Part shown: positions 1 through 9,191 of the stretch, piece by piece
Position numbering within the stretch: position 1 is the first letter of the stretch
Layout: every line of letters begins with the position of its first letter
Source of the DNA: Azolla caroliniana
Lineage: Eukaryota > Plantae > Polypodiophyta
Assembly: GCA_043228905.1 (NCBI GenBank)
Contig: JBHGNT010000008.1
Span: forward strand, 14,880,001-14,944,000
Direction of reading: 5' to 3'
Length of the DNA: 64,000 nt
Made by a program: the position numbers and the translations under genes
Notes under the pieces: generated by a model
The model's database searches: none
The model's input: the letters and a program-made list of their open reading frames with translations, nothing else
What the model was told of the DNA's origin: nothing

Positions 1-487
1 AAGATTATGAAGCCGATGAAGGGGTCCTCTATAACTCCATTGATTTTGATGGTGGCCAAATCCTAGTCGATGTTTTGAGAAGTGAGCAACGAGGACTCAC
101 AATGGGACACAAAGAGGTCGATGAATGCCTAAACTCTTAAGTGCTTCAATTTCTAAGGTCCACATATGGTGATCGAGTTCCCAAAAGAACAGAATACTAT
201 AGTCGCATGGTGCAACGCCCATGGTAAAATCAACAAGAAGTACTCGCACCCACATGACCTTCAAACCCCTATGACCAACAACCATAAGAGTTTTTTGTTG
301 GTTTCAAAGAGAAACTTTGTTTGAGCTTAATCCTAATGTAAGTATATGATAAAGAAATAAGAGATAGACAAATGAGAGAGGAGTGAGGAAGAAGGGTGTC
401 GATCCACCTGACCACCCTCGAGCGAAGGGATCAAGATGGACTCGAGGCTCGATCGGCGTCCTAGACCACCACCATGACATCGAGTCG

Positions 488-1178
488 TGACAAGAATGCA
501 TGCTCCCTTTCTACAACACTCGGCCACAACCGAGTCTAAAATCGAACACAGAAAAACGGATAATGAAATGCATGACACAAAGGAGAGAAGAGTACACATG
601 ATGTTTAACGTGGAAAACCCTGAGAGGGAAAAACCACGGGAGTCCACAGACTCCAAACTATCACTATATCACAATGATTACAACAGTGAGCTCACGGAGG
701 CAACGACCTCGTGCTCACGATCTTCGCCACAGGCGGCGGTTACAACAGAGGCAACGACCTCTTCCTCTCTCTCTCTCTCTCTCTGTACACTGTTACGCGC
801 TCTCTCGTCTTGCACCAACAAGAATGACAACAACACCTATTCTTTGTTTGCCCTAAGTCATATTTATACTAATATGACTTTTTGGTTATTTACAAATATA
901 GCCCCGATGGACTCTCAGAAACATATTTACGAATATGTCCCTTCATCCGGTGAGCACTCCTCACCGGGCCTGCATCATCCGGCGCTTGCCGGGCACATGT
1001 CATCCGGTTCTCACCGGTTCTTCACCATCCGGCTCTTGCCGGGTACTACTCATCCGGTTCTCACCGGGTTTTCCGTTGCCCGGGTACTCCACATCCGGTT
1101 TCGGCCTCGGCCTCGGCCGAGTTTGCTAATCGGTACTGTTCTTCTCACTTCCCATCCGGAGGGACCTGTTTCCTAACA
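488..1178 (-). mobile_element. Solo LTR of copia family A
   Basis: Reverse-complement homologue of LTR 1992-2733, with TG..CA ends and perfect TSD AGTCG (483-487 / 1179-1183). Confidence 0.92.
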
Positions 1179-1479
1179 AGTCGTACCTAGTGCTGGCGTG
1201 CTTGCTACAAGTCTTGATCACCACTAGATCAGAGTCTTGATGTAGTCGTTAATGTGTCAAATGAGGGTAGTTAGGCCTCATATTTATATCCAGACCTAAG
1301 GCCTTCAGGCAAGTTCACACTTAGCCTTAATAGGTTAGCTCAATTACTAGGATTAAAAGTAATCCTCCAGTTTTTATAGTCTCGTTTAACCCTCACACTA
1401 TATCCACGTGTATAAAATACTATGGTACAATATTACTAAGAGATAATTTGTTAGGAATATGTCCCTTCAGTGGGAGGAC

Positions 1480-1991
1480 CACCAAGAAGAAGAGAAGTGC
1501 CACTGGAACTAGTGCACCCAGATGTGTGCTACGTAGATGCTCCATCACATTGAGGCGGACAATACTTCGTGACATTTATCGATGACAACAGTCGGAAGTT
1601 GTGGGCTTTCGTACTAAAGTCTAAAGATCAAGTGTTGTCATTTTTCAAGGAGTTCTAGGCTAGAGCCGAATGAGAGTCAGGTTGGAAGTTGAAGATTGTC
1701 CAAACCAACAACGGTGGAGAGTACAAAGGGCAATTTAAGGAATATTGCAAGGCCCAAGGTATTTGAGTCGAATACACAGTGCCGAAGACCACTGAGTTGA
1801 ATGAGCTTGCAGAGAGGATGAATCGAACAATCATGGTGAAACTAAGGAGCTTGCTCTCCCATGCTAAACTTCCAAAATTGTATTGGGCTGAGGCAATGTA
1901 CACGACTGTTTATCTGATCAATAGGTATCCCTCAGTACCATTGAAAGGTGATGTTCCACAAAGGGTGTGGACAGGAAACGATGTCTCCTAC
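1480..1991 (+). pseudogene. pol: Element B integrase core fragment
   Basis: PLELVH, YFVTFIDD and ELAERMNRTI..LPKLYWAEA motifs, with stops. Interrupted by A at 1992. Confidence 0.85.
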
Positions 1992-2733
1992 TGTTGGGAG
2001 ACAGGTCCCTCCGGATGGGAAGGGAGAAGAACAGTGCTGATAAGCAAACTCGACCCGAGGCCGATAGGCCGAGGCCGAAACCGGATAAGGAGTACCCGGT
2101 TACGGAGAGCCGGATGGTGCAGACCCGGTGAGAACCGGATGAGGAGTACCCGGTTTCGGAGAGCCGGATGGTGCAGACCCAGTGAGAACCGGATGAGGAG
2201 TACCCGGCTACGGAGAGCCGGATGGTACAGACCCCGTGAGAACCGGATGAGGAGTACCCGGCTACGGAGAGCCGGATGGTGCAGACCCGGTGAGGAGTGC
2301 TCACCGGATGAAGAGACATATTCGTAAATATGTTTCTAAGAGTCCATCATGGCTTTATTTGTAAATAGCCGAAAAGTCATATTAGTATAAATATGACTTA
2401 GGGCAAACTTTTAGATGTTGTTATTCTTGTTAGTGTACAAAGAGAGAGAGAGAGAGAAAGAGGTCGTTTCCTCTGTTGTAACCGCCGCCTTTGGCGAAGA
2501 TCATGAGCATGAGGTCGTTGCCTCCGTGAACTCACTATTGTACATTCTAACATAGTGATAGTTTGCAGCCTGTGGGCTGCCGTGGTTTTGTCCCCTTAGT
2601 TTGGGTTTTCCACGTAAACATCCTGTGTACTCTTCTCTTCTTCGTGTCGTGCATTTATTTCCTGTTTTCTGTGTATGATTCTAAGCTCAGTTGTGGCCGA
2701 GCATTGCGTATAGGGAGCGTGCAGTTCCTGTCA
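1992..2733 (+). repeat. 5' LTR of element A, with four 54-bp tandem units
   Basis: TGTTG..TGTCA ends, TATAAATA ~2386, (GA)n tract, homologous to 11970-12646. Confidence 0.95.
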
Positions 2734-2735
2734 AG

Positions 2736-2747
2736 TGGTATCAGAGC
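2736..2747 (+). promoter_or_regulatory. PBS (initiator tRNA-Met) of element A
   Basis: TGGTATCAGAGC, 2 nt after the LTR. Confidence 0.95.
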
Positions 2748-2762
2748 GAAACGACAAAGAAA

Positions 2763-4041
2763 ATGGACGATTCGTTGGGAGGCATGTTCAAGCTCACCGG
2801 CTCCAACTATTTGGTATGAAAGTCGAAGATGAGGGACATGCTCGTGGTTAAAGATCTTTGGTTGCCGGTTCAGTTTGGGGACAAGAGACTGGACAAAATC
2901 GACGCCACGATATGGGAGGTGATGCACATGAAGACAACGACGTACATACGGTGCTTCATCGACATGAGCCTATACAACAACTTCAATGAAGAGAGCAAGG
3001 CTCATGAGCTCTGGGAGAAGATCGACATTATGTTTCAAAACAAAAATGTTGTTAATCAGGTTTCGGTATTCCGGAAGCTAGTAAGACTCCGGTACCAAGA
3101 TGGCTCCAGCATGGCGGAGCACATGAATGCCTTCCAAGGGCTGATTCACCAGGAAACATCATTGGAAGTACCTCTCGCCGATGAGGTACTAGCACTACTC
3201 TTGCTCGGTTCCCTCCCGGATAGCTGGGAGACGTTGGTTGTCACTTTGGGCAACGTCGGGCCGGAAGGGAAACGGTTATCCCTAGCAAGAGTGAAGTCGA
3301 GCTTGCTAGATGAGGAGGCGCGTCAGAAAGATAAGGATACTAGCTCCGACTCCAAAGCGCTCCTTACCGAATCGGAACGCGGAAGACATAGAAACCGTAG
3401 TCCCCAGAACCGGGAGAAGTCAGGGACACGATCAAAGTCAAGCGGGAGGCCTACTTGCTTCTATTGCGGCAAGCCGGGACACTTCCAAAAGAACTGTCGG
3501 CATTTCCGAAAAGATAAGGAAACCAACGGCACCGATTCGAAGCAGACCCCGGACCGGAACGGTAAAGACCGGAGGGGGCCGGACCGGAAGGGAACAACGG
3601 CAATCGCGGCAAGTGAAGAAGAGTTGATGCTCATCATCGAGGAGAGTGAGCTAAACCTTGCCAGTGACGAGATGACCTGGGTGGTCGACTCCGGAGCGTC
3701 GTTCCACCTTACCCCGGACCGGAAATGCTTCTCATCCTACTCAGCTGGTGATCACGGCCGTGTTCGGATGGGGAATGAAGGTACATGCCGAATTGTCGGC
3801 ATAGGAGACGTGTGGCTGACAACACCAACCAGATTCAAGTTGCTGCTGAAGGATGTCCGACACGTTCCGGAGGTTCGTTTGAACCTGATATTAGCCAGTC
3901 GGCTAGATGATGAAGGCTACACGGGTAGCATCCGGAACGGTGTCATGAAGTTCAACAAAGGGAGCCTGATTGTGGCTCGGGCCCGGAAGGTCAACACACT
4001 GTTCCTGATGAATGCCCGGTTATGTCCGGAAGAAGTGAACG
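2763..4041 (+). pseudogene. gag: Element A gag-protease (frameshift near the start; interrupted by D)
   Basis: ORF 2829-4049 has copia gag LLLGSLPDSWE, zinc knuckle CFYCGKPGHFQKNC and protease WVVDSGASFH. Confidence 0.92.
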
Positions 4042-4336
4042 TGTCATGATATGGCAAGACTCGAACCCATGACCTTAGGTTATATGGGTCGAGCTCTTGA
4101 CCATTAGACCATCTATTGTAATACGTAGGATATTATTTTCATTTACATTTTATTATAGGAAATTAGTGTATATTCCAGATTTCTCTGGAACATTCTAGAA
4201 GCTTCAGGATTACTCCTGAAAACACTATAAAAGAGGGCATTAGGCATTATGTTGAACCAATTTGGTTCAACGCCAGTCTTAAGCCTTTTAGCCACCGTTG
4301 TATATTCTCTTCATATAATAAATATCTTTCTTATCA

Positions 4337-4377
<41 letters not shown>

Positions 4378-4481
4378 GTCTCGCTCACTTCTTCCTTCTC
4401 TCGAAGAAGTTCCACACCTCTCATAGTACTAATCCTTCGTTTAGTACTAATTCCTTCTCTGTCTCAGTACTGTTCATGACA
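4042..4481 (+). repeat. 5' LTR of element D
   Basis: TGTCATGA..TCATGACA inverted termini, TATAAAA 4226-4232, (CT)n tract. Confidence 0.96.
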
Positions 4482-4554
4482 GTTTGAACCAATTTTCCTA
4501 CCTTCTGTCTCTCTCATTTCCTACTAATCTTTTATTCCTCTTTTCTTTCATCCC

Positions 4555-5706
4555 ATGGCCACTGTTAGCGCTGAAGAATATCAATCTGTTTTCTCGGAAT
4601 TCCAATGCTTGAAGGAGAAGTTCCATACTTTGGAACAAGAAAACCAACGGTTGCTGGGGGATCTTCAGCAAATCTCCTTAGAAAAGCAGCAAACGCAACA
4701 ACAACATGGGGAACTTGCGTTACGCGTGCAACAACTTGAAGCCACCATCGTAGCGATGCAACAACATGGGCCCGGAACACAAGGGATTCATAAAGAACCT
4801 AAGATTGGCCTTCCCACGAAGTTCGATGGAATGCGATCGCAGTTTAGAGGGTTCCTTAACCAGGTACGATTAGTTATTCAAATGCATCCTTCCCGATATC
4901 CCACCGATGCATCACGAGTGGGTTTAGTAGGCACTTTGTTAAGTGGCTCAGCGTTGTCATGGTTCGCTCCACTATTAGAAAAGGAATCTCCGTTACTCAA
5001 CAATTTTGAAGAGTTTCTAGGTGAGTTTAAAGCATGTTTCGGAGATACTGACAGCATCAGGACCGCAAGCAACAAAATCCGGCGATTACGCCAAGGTGAC
5101 CGTCCAGCCTCCGCATACGCTGCAGATTTTCGCCTACTCGCCGCCGATATCCCTTGGGATGATCAAGCGTTGATGGAGCAATTCCGTTATGGTTTACGCA
5201 ACGACGTTAAGGATTTACTCTTGACCTTCCCCAAAGAGCCAAAGTCCTTAACAGAAGCAATCAGTCGCGCGGTAAGATGTGACAACCGCCTCTTTGAGCG
5301 ACGTTCGGAACGACAGCTACAGATGCCGAGGGCAAGATCAGAGCCCACCTACGCCTCAGTGGTAGCAAGACCTTTTCCGAGGGAGTCATATAATGCGTCT
5401 CCAGCGAATACTCCGACTCCGATGGAGATTGACACTACACGTCGTCGAGGGCCATTATCCGAAGAAGAAAAGCAGCGACGCCGTACAAATCGACTATGTC
5501 TTTACTGCGGTGGACCAGGACATATCGCAATAAATTGCCCCCATAGGCCAAGAAGACAGGTAAACCAAATAGTTGCTAGTTCTAATTGTACTAAATCCGA
5601 GCCTATTTCAGTAGGGATATCTGATAGTCCTAATAGTACTAATATCCCAGATCTAGCAAACAAATTTGATGTCCTTAGTCAGTTAGAAGAAGAGTTAAAC
5701 GACTAA
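4555..5706 (+). CDS. gag: Gag of element D (N-terminal coiled coil, retrotransposon gag domain, CCHC knuckle)
   Basis: Intact 383-aa ORF with PTKFDG..FRGFLNQ, LRQG..ASAYAADF, PTPMEID and CLYCGGPGHIAINC motifs. Confidence 0.93.
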   Translation: MATVSAEEYQSVFSEFQCLKEKFHTLEQENQRLLGDLQQISLEKQQTQQQHGELALRVQQLEATIVAMQQHGPGTQGIHKEPKIGLPTKFDGMRSQFRGFLNQVRLVIQMHPSRYPTDASRVGLVGTLLSGSALSWFAPLLEKESPLLNNFEEFLGEFKACFGDTDSIRTASNKIRRLRQGDRPASAYAADFRLLAADIPWDDQALMEQFRYGLRNDVKDLLLTFPKEPKSLTEAISRAVRCDNRLFERRSERQLQMPRARSEPTYASVVARPFPRESYNASPANTPTPMEIDTTRRRGPLSEEEKQRRRTNRLCLYCGGPGHIAINCPHRPRRQVNQIVASSNCTKSEPISVGISDSPNSTNIPDLANKFDVLSQLEEELND

Positions 5707-5738
5707 GTCCAGCCAAAATAGGAGCCGTTTGGTTGGAC
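5694..5738 (+). promoter_or_regulatory. Putative -1 programmed ribosomal frameshift signal
   Basis: G_TTA_AAC in the gag frame, a 6-nt spacer, then stem GTCCAGCCAAA / TTTGGTTGGAC. The pol frame is -1 and open from 5679. Confidence 0.75.
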
Positions 5739-8700
5739 AGCCCTAGATCTGTGCAGCCCATTAGTGGTTCCATTCCCTCTAAGCAAGTTAGTGATGTGTT
5801 CGTAGCCCAAGTAATAGTTAGTACTAAAAGTACCCCTCCAGTACATGTCCTAGCACTCCTAGATTCCGGAGCTAACTCTTGCTTTATGGATAAGAAATTT
5901 GCTCAAGCTCATAAGATATCCCTAAGAAAACTCCAGTGTCCAGCCTCTGTAGTAGTCATTGATGGACGTCCCATTGCTTCCGGAAATATCCTAGAAGAGT
6001 CAGAGCCCATTAATATTGTCCTAGATAACTTAGTATGTGTAGTATCATTTAATATTATTAGTATCCCAGAACATCCTATAGTTTTAGGACTACCGTGGTT
6101 CGAGTTACATAACCCTGACATAGATTGGAGAACAAGAGAAATCCGGTGTCGACAAACCCAAGGGTCAACTCAGAAGATGGCAACCATTTCGCTACGTCAG
6201 TTGCGTAAAGAAGGGCCCAAGGAGGAAATGTTCCTCTTTGCAATATCAGTAAACCCCTCCAACACCACTAAAGAAGAATCCACCATTCAACTTCCCGAGA
6301 AGTATCGCCATTACACCGATGTGTTCGATAAAGTACAAGCCAACACTCTTCCTCATCATCGACCGTACGATTGCCCCATCGATTTACAACCGGGAAAAGA
6401 GCCGCCATGGGGACCGATCTACAATTTGTCACCAACCGAGCTGGAAGTCCTTCGGGCCTATATAGAGGAGAATTTGGAAAATGGTTTCATTCGGCATTCG
6501 AAATCTCCAGCCGGTGCACCCATTTTCTTCGTCAAGAAAAAAGATGGATCGCTTCGTCTCGTTGTAGATTACCGTGGTTTGAATAAGGTTACAATCAGGA
6601 ATAGGTATGCTCTTCCCCTTATCTCAAGTCTTTTAGAACGGATCAATGGTGCCAGGTTCTTCACGAAGATCGACTTACGGGGAGCATATAACCTCGTACG
6701 GATCCGACCAGGAGACGAATGGAAGACCGCGTTTCGCACCAGATATGGGCACTTCGAGTATACTGTCATGCCGTTCGGCCTCACTAATGCGCCGGCAGTC
6801 TTCCAGCACATGGCTAATGATATATTCCGAGATCTATTGGATGATTGTTTGATCATCTATTTGGATGATCTACTGGTTTATTCAAAGACCCAAGAAGAAC
6901 ATGATTCTCATGTACTATTAGTACTAAAACGACTTCGAGAACATGGTCTGTATGCAAAGCTAGAAAAATGTAGTTTTGGGTGCAACCAAGTGGAATTTCT
7001 CGGCTACATCATTTTGTCAGACGGCATCTCCATGGACCCAGCTAAGGTCAGAACGATGGTAGAATGGCAGACTCCGCGTTCGGTACGGGATGTGCAATGC
7101 TTCTTAGGCTTTGCCAATTTTTACCGGAAGTTCATACAGGATTACTCAAAGATCGTTCTACCTCTCACACAACTTACCAGGAAGGGACAACCGTTCATCT
7201 GGTCTGAAGAAACGGACATGGCTTTCGAGAGTCTTAAAAAAGCATTTACATCGGCTCCAATTCTAGCTCATGTCGATCCGGAGAAACCATTCATTATCGA
7301 AGCTGACGCATCGGATTTTGCATTGGGGAGCATTCTGTCACAACAAGGGAATGATGAAAAGCTACATCCTGTGGCTTTTCACTCACGCAAGTTTGATGCC
7401 GCCGAAATCAACTACGAAATCCATGATAAGGAGCTATTGGCAATAGTGGATTCTTTTATGCAATGGAGGCATTTTCTGGAGGGATCCTCTCATCCAGTCA
7501 CCGTATTTAGTGACCACAAGAATCTTGCCTACTTTCAGGATGCTCGTGTGTTGAATCGACGTCAAGCTCGGTGGGCCCACTTCCTCACGCGTTTCGACTT
7601 CAAAATTACATATCGTCCGGGGAGGCACCAAGGGAAGGCAGATGCATTATCACGGCGTTCGTATCTAGCACCCCGTCCCGGCGAGCCAGCTTTCGATAAC
7701 CAAAAACAAGTCATCTTGGGACCCGCACGATTACAAGCAACACAAATCTTTGACATGCCTATGGATTCCCGCGTTATCGATACCATACGTGAAGACTTGA
7801 AGACAGATGCGTTCGCCCAAGCTATACTAGCACAAATTGATCCCTCTCGAGTGTCGTGTTCACAGTCGCAACCACCAGGTACGGACTATCGGCAATTCAA
7901 ATACCATGATGGATTACTCTTCTTTAAAGAACTTTTGTATGTTCCTAATGGTTCTTGCCGCCTTCGAGTAGTACAAAACTGTCATGACACATATACAGCT
8001 GGGCATTTTGGTAGTACTAAAACATTACATTTAGTACAACGATCATTCTGGTGGCCCTGTATGCGACAATTTGTCGAGGATTTTGTTCGGACTTGTGATA
8101 CATGTTGCAGAGCGAAAATGCCAAGGCATCATCCAGCAAATCCGTGCGCGGAGGATCGTTTGGAGCGGTTACGCAAGATACAAGCGGATTTATTTACTCA
8201 TCTCCAGCAAGCTCAACAAACACACAAGGTCTACGCGGATCGTCATCGACTTCCATCTAGTTTTAATATTGGAGATCGGGTGTGGTTGCTACGACGACAC
8301 ATCAAGACTACTCGCCCATGTGAGAAGTTGGATTATCGGCGATTAGGTCCTTTCCGTATTATTGGAAAGATTAATGATGTTGCTTTTCGTCTCGATCTAC
8401 CTCCTCAACTTCGGATACATCCGGTGTTTCATAGTTCTCTCTTCGAACCCTACCACGAGAGCACCATCCCAGAACGTCTTATCCAACCTCCACCCCCGAT
8501 CGAGCTTGAAGATGGGCCGGAGTACGAGGTTGCCGCCATTCTTGATTCCAAGATTGTTCGCAACAAGCTCTACTATCTAGTCGATTGGCTAGGCTATAGT
8601 CCCAGCGAACGTACTTGGGAACCGATCGAGAATGTAACCAATGCTCGTGCTCTTCTTGAAGACTTCCATCGTCAATATCCACACAAACCGGGTCCTCAAT

Positions 8701-8750
8701 CCAAGACGACTCGTGACACTCGTCGTTTTAAAGGGGGGATAGTGTCATGA
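5733..8750 (+). CDS. pol: Pol of element D: PR-RT-RNaseH-IN zinc finger-(core deleted)-GPF-chromodomain
   Basis: LLDSGA, YLDD, ADASDFALG, H..H..CDTC, LGPF and EYEVAAILDSK..YLVDWLGY..TWEP motifs; uninterrupted 1005 codons. Confidence 0.93.
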   Translation: MDSPRSVQPISGSIPSKQVSDVFVAQVIVSTKSTPPVHVLALLDSGANSCFMDKKFAQAHKISLRKLQCPASVVVIDGRPIASGNILEESEPINIVLDNLVCVVSFNIISIPEHPIVLGLPWFELHNPDIDWRTREIRCRQTQGSTQKMATISLRQLRKEGPKEEMFLFAISVNPSNTTKEESTIQLPEKYRHYTDVFDKVQANTLPHHRPYDCPIDLQPGKEPPWGPIYNLSPTELEVLRAYIEENLENGFIRHSKSPAGAPIFFVKKKDGSLRLVVDYRGLNKVTIRNRYALPLISSLLERINGARFFTKIDLRGAYNLVRIRPGDEWKTAFRTRYGHFEYTVMPFGLTNAPAVFQHMANDIFRDLLDDCLIIYLDDLLVYSKTQEEHDSHVLLVLKRLREHGLYAKLEKCSFGCNQVEFLGYIILSDGISMDPAKVRTMVEWQTPRSVRDVQCFLGFANFYRKFIQDYSKIVLPLTQLTRKGQPFIWSEETDMAFESLKKAFTSAPILAHVDPEKPFIIEADASDFALGSILSQQGNDEKLHPVAFHSRKFDAAEINYEIHDKELLAIVDSFMQWRHFLEGSSHPVTVFSDHKNLAYFQDARVLNRRQARWAHFLTRFDFKITYRPGRHQGKADALSRRSYLAPRPGEPAFDNQKQVILGPARLQATQIFDMPMDSRVIDTIREDLKTDAFAQAILAQIDPSRVSCSQSQPPGTDYRQFKYHDGLLFFKELLYVPNGSCRLRVVQNCHDTYTAGHFGSTKTLHLVQRSFWWPCMRQFVEDFVRTCDTCCRAKMPRHHPANPCAEDRLERLRKIQADLFTHLQQAQQTHKVYADRHRLPSSFNIGDRVWLLRRHIKTTRPCEKLDYRRLGPFRIIGKINDVAFRLDLPPQLRIHPVFHSSLFEPYHESTIPERLIQPPPPIELEDGPEYEVAAILDSKIVRNKLYYLVDWLGYSPSERTWEPIENVTNARALLEDFHRQYPHKPGPQSKTTRDTRRFKGGIVS

Positions 8751-9037
8751 TATGGCACGACTCGAACCCATGACCTTAGGTTATATGGGTCGAGCTCTTG
8801 ACCATTAGACCATCTATTGTAATACGTAGGATATTATTTTCATTTACATTTTATTATAGGAAATTAGTGTATATTCCAGATTTCTCTGGAACATTCTAGA
8901 AGCTTCAGGATTACTCCTGAAAACACTATAAAAGAGGGCATTAGGCATTATGTTGAACCAAATTGGTTCAACGCCAGTCTTAAGCCTTTTAGCCACCGTT
9001 GTATATTCTCTTCATATAATAAATATCTTTCTTATCA

Positions 9038-9087
<50 letters not shown>

Positions 9088-9186
9088 GCTCACTTCTTCC
9101 TTCTCTCGAAGAAGTTCCACACCTCTCATAGTACTAATCCTTCGTTTAGTACTAATTCCTTCTCTGTCTCAGTACTGTTCATGACT
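8743..9186 (+). repeat. 3' LTR of element D (ends CT instead of CA)
   Basis: Differs from the 5' LTR by a few substitutions and microsatellite length. Confidence 0.95.
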
Positions 9187-9191
9187 GAACG

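Larger units (their letters stand above)
4042..9186 (+). mobile_element. Ty3/gypsy chromovirus D (Tcn1/sushi-like), young insertion
   Basis: Near-identical LTRs 4042-4481 and 8743-9186, TSD GAACG (4037-4041 / 9187-9191), PPT AAAGGGGGGATAG, C-terminal chromodomain. Confidence 0.96.

Noticed and set aside
1918-2327. ORFs with 18-aa repeats (also 487-1176, 11933-12235, 33755-34244)
   Set aside because: They are translations of the 54-bp LTR tandem repeat, open on both strands by composition.
4042-4115. Functional tRNA gene in the D LTR
   Set aside because: The acceptor and anticodon stems do not pair; only the A/B boxes and spacing are retained.
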